Part shown: piece by piece, positions 1 to 11,299 of the stretch | Numbering within the stretch: position 1 is the stretch's first letter | Layout: the number at the start of each line of letters is the position of its first letter | Assembly (NCBI RefSeq): GCF_964213995.1 | Contig: NC_135830.1 | Location: 13,082,001 to 13,146,000, forward strand | DNA: 64,000 nucleotides | Reading direction: 5' to 3' | DNA from: Mustelus asterias | Taxonomy: Eukaryota | Position numbers and translations under genes: made by a program | Notes under the pieces: model-generated | Seen by the model: only the letters and a program-made list of their open reading frames with translations | Told to the model about the DNA's origin: nothing | Databases searched by the model: none

Positions 1-1249
1 ACATATATAAATATAGACATTTGCTGATAGAAGCAATCAGATTTAAGCACTTACTCCCACACACACAAATTCAAGAAAAACCAAAATTGCTGGAGCAAAC
101 CAGAACAGTGCACACTTACGAACAGAGCAATCTTACGGTACTCTCTTGCTCACACACACTTACACACACACACTTACACACACACATGCATATTGGTACA
201 GACAATATAGAGACACACACAAACACACACACACACACACACACACACGGGAGGGGGCGTGTTGACAACCATTCCCTGCCCATTGAGGACGGGGTGAGCA
301 GTAAAATCGCGTGAGAGCCTAGAACTCAGGTCTGCGCCCGATTTCTCGCCTCTGGCGACCTCACCGGCAACGGATATGCGGCGGATTCAGTCTCCTGTCC
401 ATATCTGGCAAGAGGCTGAATAAATTATTGAAATTTATTTTTAAAACAAATTTACATAAAATTAGCAAGCCTGGGGTGGAATTGTGCGGCACACTTGCCT
501 TTGCAGCCTCACCAGGTATAGGTCATGTCCGGTGAGGAAAACAGCTGGTCCACATGTACGCAGACGAGTCATGGTGACCTCGCTGGTAGAACTGAAGGTT
601 ATTGAGGACACCGGACAAGGTCGAGGGCAATGTTAGGCTCCACTTGGGCAGTGCCCACTGGGCAGTACCAGGGGTTGGGGCCTGAGGTGGCGGGGTCTAC
701 TCTGAACGTAGCTGCTGGGTGGTAGGGTGTCCCCTTGCCACTCTGCATGCTTTCTGTGGGATGGGGTGGTCCCCGCTTCCACGCTGCACATGACTGGTGG
801 GAGTAGGGGGCCCTACAGCCACTCTGCATCTGATTGGTGGTGTAGGGAGGGGGGGCATCGCTGCTTCTCTGCATGCATAGTGGATTAGATAGGGTTGCCC
901 TGCTGCCACTCTGCATGCAATTGGTGTGGGGAAGGGGGAGTGGGGTGATTGGTCCGTATGGTGGGGGAGGGGGGGGAGACTGGGCGTTTTAATCGTTCGG
1001 GGGCTTCTCACGAACAGCTGTGAGCACCGGACTCTCTAGGGTCAGCTGCTGTGTTGAAGATAGCTGCAGCAGCAGGGAGCTGTCAGATGTCTCTCTCAGA
1101 CCAGGCAGCTCACTGATGGTTACTATTGCCCATTTTCAAACACATAGGTTTGGTACGTGGTGGTATCCAAGCCAGCGCTGTGAGAGCTGTAAGTGATGGG
1201 GCCACTGCTGAGCGTGTTCTAACAGTCATCGAGTTTTAACAGCCCAAAA

Positions 1250-2070
1250 TGAGGCCCTTCAGCCCATTATGTCTGAACACATCAGCAAACACCTATCCAA
1301 TCGAATCCCATTTTCCAGCGCTCGACCCACAGCCTTGTATGCTCTGGCGTTTGAATTGCTGATCTAAATGGCTCTTGTGGTTGTTCCCGCTTCTACCACC
1401 CTTTCAGGCCGTGAGCTGCCGATCCCAGCACCCTGTGGATGGAAACATTTCTCCTCAAATCCACACAAAAATCTGTCCTTTACCTTAAATCCACGCCCCT
1501 CTGGTTATTGACACCTTTACGAAAGGGAAAAAGTTTATTCCTGTCTATCTGCCACATACTTTTATCCATATCACTCTGGTACCACCCCACTTTAGAGCAT
1601 TCCCCACCACCACCCACTCTGCCTTCTCCCCCTCCAGCTGTCTCTGCTCGAAGGTAAAAAACCCAGCCTAATAGCTGAAACTCTCCAGCCCAGGCAGCAT
1701 CCTGGTGATTCTCCTTCCACCGTCTCCAGTGCAATTACATCCTTCCTGTAGTGTGATGACCAGAGCTGCACAGTACTCTTCCTCTGGTCTAACCAGCATT
1801 TTATACACTTCCATCATAATCTCCACGCTCTTATATTCTATGCTACGGCTGCTAAAGGCAAGTATCTTACATCTCGTCTTAACCACCTCATCGACCTGTC
1901 TCGCTGCCTTCAGAAATCCACATACATGCTCCCCAAATTCATTCTGGTCCTCTTCACTTTCTCACACTCTATTGTTCATTGTGCATTTCCTTGCCCTGAT
2001 AGTCCGCCCAAAATGCATCGCCTCACATTTTTCAAGTTTAAATTCCATTTGCCCTTCCGACCAGCCTATC
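1250..2070 (-). mobile_element. Degenerate CR1 LINE 3' fragment
   Basis: Minus-strand ORF remnants such as SIEYKSVEIMMEVYKMLVRPEEEYC match the CR1 RT C-terminus seen intact elsewhere in the window. The element continues at about 2400-2900 after a SINE insertion. Confidence 0.75.
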
Positions 2071-2078
2071 CATTTCCT

Positions 2079-2400
2079 CGGCACGGTGGCATAGCGGTTA
2101 GCACTGCTGCCCCACAACGCCAGGGACGCGTGTTCGATTTCTGGCTTGGGTCACTGTCTGTGTGGAGTTTGCACATTTTCCCCGTGTCTGCGTGGGTTTC
2201 CTCCTGGTGCTCCAGTTTCCTCCCACATTCCAAAGACGTGTGGGTTAGGTGGGTTGTCCAGGCAAAATAGCCCTTTGCATCAGAGAGATTCGCTGGTGTA
2301 AATGAATAGTGCTAAGGGGATAAGGCCTGGGTGGGATTGTGGTCAGTGCTGACTGGTTGGGCCAAATGGCCTCCTTCTGCACGGTCGCAATCTATGATTC
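2079..2400 (+). mobile_element. tRNA-derived SINE (HE1/V-SINE type)
   Basis: A box (TGGCATAGCGG) and B box (GTTCGATTTC), then the core TGTGTGGAGTTTGCACATT..CCCGTGTCTGCGTGGGTTTCCTCC and a CR1-like tail. Related copies lie at about 4597-4760, 18175-18449, 23511-23820, 25431-25750, 33370-33775, 34500-34690, 37945-38232, 40036-40290, 40992-41275 and 62425-62740. Confidence 0.85.
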
Positions 2401-2924
2401 CTGTCATCTAAGTTTTTCCTCCTCAATATTTGCCACGCCACCAATTTTTGTATGATCTCTGAACTTACTGATCATACCTCACACATTCCTGTCTCGACCA
2501 TCAATGTGCACTACAAACAGCAAGGGACACAGCATCGACCCCTGTGGAACCCCACTGGACACAGGCTTGCTGCTACAAAAGCAACCTTCGATCATCAACG
2601 TATCCTCCTGCCAATCAGCCAAGTTTGAATGTAATTTACCAAATTGCCCTAGATCCCATCAGCTATTACTTTCTTGTTCAGTCTTCCATGCAGAACTTGT
2701 CAAACGTTTTTCTGAATTCCATGTAGAGTACATCGACTGCACTTCCCTCATCTACTCATCCAGACACCTCCTCAATATATTCCAGGAAATTGTAATACAT
2801 GATCTCCCCCTGACAAAGCCATGCTGACTATTGTTCATAAATCCTTACCTCTCGAAGTGGAGATTAATTCTGTCCCTCAGATTGTTTTACAATCATTTCC
2901 CTACCACGGATATGGTGATGATGG

Positions 2925-3990
2925 TGTCCTGGGAGTGATCTTAGATGTCTCCAGGACACCATGCCCGTGTTGCTTGGGGTACTTAATTAGACTGGCTGCT
3001 TTTCTGGGACAGCGGGAAGTGAAGGCAGTATCAAAGAGTGGGAGGTTGGTTTGAGTGATGGACTGGGCTCCATTAATGACTGTTTGAAGTTTCTTACAGT
3101 TTTGGACAGAGCAAAAGCCCTACCAATCTGTGATACAATGAGAAAGAATGTTTTCTTTGGTGCATCTGGAAAAGTTGGTGAGAGTCGTAGTTGACATTCC
3201 AAATGTCTTTAGATTTCTGAGAAAGCAGAGCTGTTGGAGGGATTTTCAACTATAGGCTCATCATGGAGGGAGCAGGACAGGTTGTTGTTGATTTGGACCC
3301 CGAAAAACTTGAAGGTCTCGAACATTTCAACTTCATCCCATTGTTGTAGACAGGGGCACGTACACCACTCTGCTTCCTGAAGTCGATGACTATCTCCGTT
3401 GCTTTGCGGACATTTAGGAAGAAATTATTGTGGTCGCACCAGTTCACCAGATTCTCTATCTCTTCCCTGTTCTCGGTCTCTTCATTGTTTGAAATCCGAC
3501 CCCCTACAATGGTGTCCTCAGCAAACTTGAAAAATCAGTTGGAGGGGAATTTGGCCACAGTCATCGGTGTATAAGGAGTATAGTAAATGGCTGAGGGGAC
3601 AGCCTTGTGGGGCACCACTGTTGAGGATGATTGTGGAGGAGTTGTTGTTGCCTCTCCTTATTTATTGATGTCTGTGGGTTAGGAAGTTCAGGACCCAATT
3701 GCAGTGGCAGCAGCCGAACTCCGGGCCATGGATTTTGAACAGGAGATTCGTAGGAATAATGATGTTGCAGGCTGAGCCGCATTCGATAAACACGAGTCTG
3801 GGTTCCAGGGTTCACTGTAGGGCCAGTGAGATGGCGTCCGTGGACCTGTTGTGGAGGTAGGTGAACTGTAGTGGATCCAGGAAATCTGGGAAGCCAGAAT
3901 TGATTTATGCCATGACTAACGTTTTGATGCATTTCATAACATTGAATGTCAGTGTCATCGATAATCATTAAGGCGGGCTACCTGGCTTTT
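2925..3990 (-). mobile_element. Rex1/Babar-type non-LTR retrotransposon fragment
   Basis: Remnant peptide WCDHNNFFLNVRKATEIVIDFRK. Homologous copies at 41280-42520 (-; FADDITIVGHFSNNDETEYR) and 23870-24455 (+, 3' end). Confidence 0.7.
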
Positions 3991-4893
3991 CCTTGGCATC
4001 GGCCTCTGTTTGTGTTTTTCTTACCTGGTGAATTGATTAGCAACCTTCCTGCTGAGAGAGTGCGCACTGAGCTTCAGTGATCCAGTAGGCCAAAGTGGGA
4101 CAGCAGCACTATGGACGGTAGCTATTCGCTGAACCCTGAAACTCTCTCCCACTGTTGAAAGCAAATCCTGGTACTTATATTCTGTGCCAATCGAGTGTGA
4201 GATTACTGTTTCTCCCTGTGTTGTGCTAACCGTGGCCACAATGCTATGGTCTTCTCTCCAGGGTCCAGTCCTGTGTAAATATAATAGAGTCGGAACTGTT
4301 GAGACATCAGGATGTCCCTCTGCCAACTTTTAGTCTTGTCCAGAGGAAAGGGTGTAACCAGCACTGTTTGGTACGAGCCCTGCTGCAAGGATTGTCAGTC
4401 AGCTGTCTGAGAGACAACAGATAACCACCTACAGTCTGGATTTTCTGTCAGGGTTAACTGCCTCATCCTTCTTACCCTCCAAATCCCCCACAAGGTAGAG
4501 GGGGTATTTACCTCAAGCTGAGTGAGGGTCAATATTGAGGGTTGTCCGGAACACTCTCTCCCAAATGCATACCATTGTGTCGCCACGATGGAGCAACATG
4601 GTGGCACAGTGGTTAGCACTGCTGACTCACAGCGCCAGGGACCTGGGTTCAATTCCAGGCTTGAGTCACTGTCTGTGTGGAGTTTGGACCTTCTCCCCGT
4701 GTCTGTGTGGGTGTCCTCCAGGTGCTGCTCTTTCCTCTCACACGGCAAAAGACGTGCTGGATTTAAAACGAACGACAATCAAGTTATTCTGTGTGTGTGT
4801 ACATTTTTTTAACTTTAAAATATCCTCAGTCTAAATGGTAACTTCTTCCCCTGAATCATGTCTAATTTTATCCTTTGTTTTCCTTCCTGACAG

Positions 4894-5795
4894 CGAACGT
4901 AATCACAATTGTGACACTGACGAGCAGAAATTGTGGTCTGTCCAAATGTGTCAGTCGTTACCTGGTGGCCATGGCAGTGGGGGATCTGCTGGTCATTATC
5001 CTCGACCTGATATTGAGACACATTCCCATTGTTTATCGGGAACAGTTTGATTTCCTGCGTTCGGTCCCCATGTGTAACATCCACGCCGCCCTGCTTTATG
5101 CAGCCATTGACTGTTCTGTCTGGTTCACCGTCACTTTCACCTTTGATCGATTTGTGGCCATTTGCTGCCCCAAGCTGAAAAGTAAATATTGCAGTGAGAA
5201 ATCGGCAGCTGTGGTTCTGGGAACAGTGACGGCACTGAGCTGTTTAAAGAACATTTTCTGGTATTTTACGTTATCAGATGAATACACACTGGTGAACGAT
5301 CCCTTGTTTTGTGTTTTCACAGTGGGTTTTGTGTACTCTCCGGTCTGGGGAGCAATCGAATTTCTCCATCACATTCTAACACCGGGTGTCCCATTCATCC
5401 TGATTCTGCTGCTCAATGTTTTCACTGTCAGACACATTTTAGTGAGCAGCAGAGCCCGCAGGAGACTCCGGGTTCACAGCAGTGGGGAGAATCCCAGAGA
5501 CCAAGAGATGGAGAGTCGCAGGAAATCCATCATTTTACTGTTTGTTATCTCAGCCAATTTCATCCTCTTATGGTCAATATTAATGTTTTATTCTATATGG
5601 AGTCGGATGTCTTATTTGGGCTATTCCTCGTTTGTTGTAGATTATTTTGTTATGGAATTGGGCTTCATGCTGCAGCTCCTGAGTTGCTGCACAAACACTG
5701 CCATTTATGCCGTTACACAGACTCACTTCAGGCAGCAGCTGAAAAATGTGCTGAAATCTCCCCTTACTTCAATTCTTCAATTCGTTACACCCTGA
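4894..5795 (+). CDS. Class A orphan GPCR, GPR139/GPR142-like (main coding exon; first exon not located)
   Basis: The 306-aa ORF 4875-5795 has seven hydrophobic segments, LVAMAVGDLL in TM2, FTFDRFVAIC (DRY-equivalent), Cys in TM3/ECL2 and LSCCTNTAIY in TM7. A polypyrimidine tract and CAG acceptor end at 4893, giving a phase-1 exon starting (A)NVITIV. Stop TGA at 5793-5795. Confidence 0.85.
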
Positions 5796-6019
5796 GAGAA
5801 AACTGCAACCAGAAGACCCCTGTCTCTTCATATTGGACATTCAGGCTTTAAATCAGCAAACAGTCTCACAGAGACAAAAAGAATGCCAGAGAATGAGAGT
5901 GGCAGTGAGCACAACAATGAGATTGAAAGAGAGACAGAGAGTGACAGAGAGAAGGAGGGGAACAAAGACATGAAAAGCGACAACAGATGAATGAACACAT
6001 GACAATCGCCAGGCCGGAG

Positions 6020-6532
6020 TGCTCCGTTCCAGTCAGGAACACCAGCAGTCAAGGGCATTAGCCTCTGATCTTTGGTAAGCGTCTTCCAAGGTGGCATTCA
6101 AGACACACGACAGCACAGAATCACTGAGCAGAAACTGATTGCCAATTTCTGCATGCATGAGGATGACCTCAACCGTGGGTTCATGTCACACTACATGTAA
6201 CCCTCACCAATTGGCCTGGGCTTGCAAAATCCGACTAACAGTCCTGGCTTCCTTCAATTTACGCCTCTTTAACCGAGGATTATCCCTCTCTCCACTCGCA
6301 TTGCCTGTACCAATAAAGACTTGATTACCTAAAAAGTCTTGCATTCCAACCATTATCTTGCTTTTGAGTCTTTGCCTTTTTATGGCGTGTTTGTGAAACC
6401 GACCTCTCCACTCATCTGATGAAGGAACAGTGCTCCAAAAGCTCGTGATTCCAAACAAAGCTGTTGGACTTTTACCTGGTGTTGTGAGACTTCATATTGT
6501 GCCCACGCCTGTCCAACGCCGGCATCTCCAGA
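6020..6532 (+). mobile_element. Penelope-like element 3' end (end of GIY-YIG ORF plus terminal repeat with hammerhead motif)
   Basis: Degenerate QGGIQDTRQHRITEQKLIANF coding remnant, followed by CTGATGA..GCTCC.AAAGCTC and the terminal sequence shared with copies at 24626-24830, 48665-48950, 52150-52265 and 59125-59245. Confidence 0.65.
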
Positions 6533-6920
6533 TCATAGAGGTTTACAGCATGGCAGAACTTGTCCATGCTGTCCTTTTGTGTCGAAAGAAAGGGACAGAT
6601 AGACCAAATGGGAAAGGGAAACAGACAGGGAGGCAGAGAGAACGAGTCAGAGGCAGAGAGAAACAGAGATACAGAGACAGAGCGGCTGTGAATGGAAGAT
6701 AGTGAGACTGAACCAGCACAATGGCCACAGCAAGAGCAAAAGGCTGAATGGATTAGAGACAGGGATAGAATCTGACAAAGAAGTGAATTACCACAGAGAG
6801 GGCGAGACAGGTGGAGACAGAGCGGAAGAAGCAGTCTGAGACTGAGGGTCCGGGGGGAGGGGGCGGGGGGTGGGGGGTGCAGGAGAGAGAGAGGAAGAGG
6901 GGACAGAGGGAGAGGCAGAG

Positions 6921-7259
6921 ACATGAGTGAACCAGATGGGTTTTTCCAAAAATCGGCAATTATTTCATGGTCACGAACAGATTCTGAATTCCAGATATTT
7001 TTTTATTCATTGCCACCATCTGCTGTGACGAGATTCGAACCGGGGTCACCAGTATTTATTTACCAATAAATGATAATATTATTCATGCATTAATTTATGT
7101 ATTAATCCCTGTGTTCCTGGATTAATAGTTCAGTGATGAAAGTATCAGTCAATCGCATCCATACCCTCAGTGTACACACCCTGAGTTCCAATAACCCAGA
7201 CACTCCATATTATTCACATCCGCACGGCCCTAGGATTGGGGAAGAAGACAGAGACAGAC

Positions 7260-7294
<35 letters not shown>

Positions 7295-7730
7295 AAGGCA
7301 GAGAAATGCAGAGAATGACAGCGAAAGAAAGAGATAATTATTTAATTAATTTACCAGGGTGAGAGGGACCTGTTAGAATATGAGCTCCCTGATTGAGGCA
7401 GTTAATCATGCCCAATCCGAGAGTCGTGCAGATGTGAATAATGTGGAGTGTCTGGGTTATTGGAACTCAGGGTGTGTACACTTACGGTGTGGATGCGATT
7501 GACTTTTGGTTTCATCAATAATCTATTAATCCAGAAACTCAGGTTTTTAATAAATAAATTAATGAATCAATAATATTATTATTTATTCATCAATAAATTC
7601 TGGGGACCCGGGTTCGAATCTCACCACAGCAGATGGTGGCAATGAATAAAAAATATCTGGAATTCAAAATCTGCTGGAGACCATGAAATGATTGTCGATT
7701 TTCGGAAAAACCCATTTGGTTCACTCATGT
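6921..7730. repeat. ~320-bp imperfect inverted repeat (arms 6921-7239 and 7411-7730)
   Basis: For example, GTGTACACACCCTGAGTTCCAATAACCCAGACACTCCA (~7170-7208) is the reverse complement of TGGAGTGTCTGGGTTATTGGAACTCAGGGTGTGTACAC (~7444-7481). ACATGAGTGAACCA at 6921 mirrors TGGTTCACTCATGT ending at 7730. Confidence 0.9.
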
Positions 7731-7915
7731 TCCAGTGAAGGAAACCAATCATCCTTGCATCGTCTATCCTAAATGTAACTCCAGAGCCACGGCAATGCGG
7801 TTGACTCTGAATTGCCCTCATAAATGGGTGCCCCAAGCCACTGAGTTCAAGGACAACTCAAGATGGGCAATGAATTCTGGCCAGCCAGCGATACCCATGT
7901 CCCAAGAATGAATAA
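7600..7915 (+). mobile_element. Deu-domain SINE (SacSINE1-like)
   Basis: B box GGTTCGAATC followed by the conserved AAACCCAT.TGGTTCACT.ATGT..GGAA..TGTGACTCCAGA.CCAC.GCAATG core. Other copies at about 35610-35960 (-), 38280-38620 (-), 42890-43210 (+) and 56550-56860 (+). Confidence 0.7.
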
Positions 7916-8669
7916 AGACTACTTTGTACTGGAAAATGTTATACCAATGGTAATCTGTTTCTCACAGCTGGATAAATACACAATCCTTTGGATCAAGGAT
8001 TTACACACAAAGCTGGCAGGCGGGTTCTTGTTTCCAGTTATGAAATGATTCATGTGTGGTTCCACGTACAGCTGAGTGAGGATTCCCAGAGATATTCTAC
8101 TTTGCATACTCAGAAGGGCCTTCACCAATACACTATACAGCAACCTGGCATAACGTCAGCATGCTCAAACTTCTAATGAATGATGGAGAATCATATGGTC
8201 TACCTCAGTTTGCTATTTATCTGGGTGACATGCTTGTAACAGGGAAAGAAAAACAAATAAGGTGCATCTGGAAAACATTGCACAAGTTCTAAGCCGATTT
8301 TCCAAAGTAGAGACACTCCACAGAAGGAAGAAATGCGTATTGCAGATTCCCAAGTGACCTGTCTGGGCTTCAGACGAGGAAAGTCTGTTCTATAATCCTT
8401 GGAGGACAATTTGGGAGAGATCCATGTCCATCCAGGATCTAAGATCATTTCTGGGGTTGGTAGACCACTATGGGAAGTTTCCCCACCTCGTCTCCAACAT
8501 GGCTTCATTACAATAGCTACGAAAAAAGGATTAGCCATGGGAGTGAGCTTCCAGTCAGTTCTTGGCTTTCAATAAAATAAAGCAACGGTTTTACTCGTCG
8601 AACGCTCTGGTACGTTATGATCCCAGGAAAAAAAAACTAATATGATGCATTGCAGTGTGGAATTGGATG

Positions 8670-9319
8670 TGAAGTGGGAAAAAATTATACAGATGAGTAC
8701 ACTTAAAAAATAATAACTGCCTCGCACATAAACAGTCACCTGGGAAAGAGACATTAAACAGGTACTGACGTTTAGTACAGACAGCCACCTGAGATTAAAA
8801 CATAAAGGACAGACAGCTATTCAAAGTTAAATATGCAGGAATCAAATCCTGCAGGAAGCCAGCCAGGGCTTGAGGCACTCTTTCGGATAAGGACAATAGG
8901 GATGGGTAAAGAGATGAGCTACAGGTGGGATCGGGAAAACTGCAGGAAAACCAATGACTGTAAATTACTGTATGAATAGACTGAAACTAAAACCATTGAT
9001 AGCCACTGACGTAGGAAATGTATCCATCCTATGAAACAATGCGATGTTAACATGCTTATGTCTGTATCTGTATCTGTCTGTATTTGTCTATAACGATGTG
9101 TTAACGATCGATCGATCACCTGCTTGATTGCACCGATGTGATAATGGATAGATGTCCGGTCCATCTATTGTGTAAAGGGTATAAAGATGGACCGCTCCTA
9201 TTGTCTCATTGAGAAAAGGTTTGCTGCTTGTTCGTGCCTTTTCTCCACGAAGCTTCGTTAAAATAAAACTGTATTCTTGAAACCTTCAAGACTGACTCAG
9301 CGGTACATTTCCTACAACA
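8670..9319 (+). repeat. 5' LTR (650 bp)
   Basis: Begins TGAAGTGGGAAA and ends TTTCCTACAACA (imperfect terminal inverted repeat). TATAAA at 9180 and AATAAA at 9262. Direct repeat of 17449-18060. Confidence 0.93.
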
Positions 9320-9321
9320 AT

Positions 9322-9339
9322 TGGCATAGTCGTTAGGAT
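9322..9339 (+). promoter_or_regulatory. Primer-binding site, tRNA-Ser
   Basis: TGGCATAGTCGTTAGGAT lies 2 nt after the LTR end. It matches 15 of 18 positions of TGGCGTAGTCGGCAGGAT, the complement of the vertebrate tRNA-Ser 3' end. Confidence 0.85.
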
Positions 9340-9931
9340 CCTATTACTGGTGAGATCGATTGGCCACGATCAGAGCCGGGGTAGAGATCACTGAATCTGT
9401 GAGAGTCGGACAAGGTCAAGAATACAGTTTGCGAGGGGTTAAACTTAAGGAGTATTTGTAGTTATAAGTACTGTTGTATATGGTATAGTGATAAATACTA
9501 ACTGATGATTGTAATAAGTAACTGTTGCTTGTGCTGACCGACAAGAGGACAAGGTAGTGCCTGTCTCAAAACCCTGCCTTAGACCGGCTGTTAAGAGGAG
9601 GAACCTCCCACGCGAAGGCCAGGAGATTGAAGTGGGTAAAGGGAAACCAAGGGCAGTTAGAATTGTGAAGCAGAAGTGGCAGAGGTCGGTTAACATCAAA
9701 CTCTGCAGTGGTGAACAAACGCAAAGTTGCCGTCCGATTGCATGAAAGTTTGAAAAGTTGGGAACTGTACTGTCAATGTTGTGAAAAGCGGGTCGGAAAA
9801 GGAATTTGATCAACTCTGACCGGAACCGGAATCCGGTGGAGAAGCACATTGCCGAGGTGGTAATATTGGAAACCGTGAGTATAACTTGAAACCCTGTAGC
9901 GGTAGTGAAACACGGCGCCAGAGTAGTAATC

Positions 9932-11299
9932 GTGGCCGGGGTTAGTGAAGTCTGTGAAATAGCAGATAATGAAGTTAAAAGGGGACAAGCAGGATCCCTC
10001 ATTGAAGTTTACATGACAGACAGGAAAGAGTTAATAGAGAGAATGAAAAATGATGGCTGGGATACTTCTCAGACATTCGAGCAGCAGTGAAAGTGGATAG
10101 ATAAGGAAAAGAGAGACAAGACAAAGAAAATAGGAGTAATGTTAATACATCAGTTTGCTGGTCTAATTGAGCAAGTAGTCATATCTACTAAGAAGTGGAG
10201 TGAAGATAAAGAAAGGATTAGAGAATTAGAATCCCAAGTGAGGGAACTGGGGAATCAAAACTAGGTTTTAGAAGAAAATCAATGGAGCGGGGAAACTGTT
10301 CCTCTACCTCCTTATGAGTCCACACAGCAGGGACCAACCACTCCATCAGAGGAGTGGGAAGTGCAAGAACACAACTGAGCGCCAGTAACCCGAGGGGGAA
10401 CAAATGCGCGACTAAAAGGCAACTTATCAACCCTTCACCGCAGGTGAGAGATAGCACATAATGGATTCCCTGGGTAAATTACAGCCTAGAAGCGCAAACA
10501 CTAAATTCTGGGAAGAATTCGACACAATCTGGTTGGACATCAATTACACCTGAGAGACATACACCAGCTGGTCAGGGCAGCCTGTCCAGCGGATAAGTGG
10601 AGACAGGTAGCAGGTAGAACCGCCGCTCCTCCAGCACAGGATTGTACTGGGGGACGGTGGACACATGCAGTCGCCCTAACCTCGGCGATAGATGCCGAAC
10701 AGGCACCCGTCACCCAGTTTAAAGGAGAGATTCAGAGGGTATTATGGAATGCTCCCACTAACTGGAGCAGAATTACCACAACAAAACAGTTAAAAGGGGA
10801 AGGAGCTTCTGAATAAGGGGAACGGTTGTTCTATCTATATCAAGAGTGCTCAGGATAAGGGAACCCAGGTCGAGGGGATCGAGCGTTCATCCAGGCTTTT
10901 AAAGATGGACTCTCCAGCGCTCACCAGGTCATCCTAAAAATGGGAGTGATTATGTCCCAAGATTATGGTGAGTTGGTAGAGTGGGCTCGCGGAGTACCGG
11001 GAGACGAGAAATCCCAGGCAAGAACAAGGCTAGAAAGAGTATCAGCCTACAGTAATGGGAATGGAACACAATCTAAACCGACTTGCCACAATTGCGGCCT
11101 GCGGGGACACTTTGCAAGGGATTGCGGGACTCCACGGAAAGGGAACTGATTTGGGAACAGTGGGAAACATTGTAGCCACTGTAATAAAGATGGGCACACA
11201 GAAGCAGTATGTTGGAAAAAACATGGGAAACCCCCGACCCGATTCATGACCATAGCAGAACCGGAGGAACCATAGGACCTCCGGGGTCAGCAAGATTGA
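9932..11299 (+). pseudogene. gag: ERV gag (disrupted)
   Basis: Fragmented ORFs 9905-10090 and 10940-11149. Two zinc knuckles, CHNCGLRGHFARDC (from 11084) and CSHCNKDGHTEAVC, in the same frame. The start is approximate (GTG at 9932). Candidate splice donor GTGAGT at 9875. Confidence 0.8.

Noticed and set aside
250-1240. Possible non-autonomous DNA transposon with internal ~40-bp repeats (GCCACTCTGCATGC)
   Set aside because: It looks repetitive, but no terminal inverted repeats or TSD could be delimited.
2079-2150. tRNA genes at the A/B-box motifs
   Set aside because: They are heads of SINEs that continue into SINE core and tail, with no complete cloverleaf.
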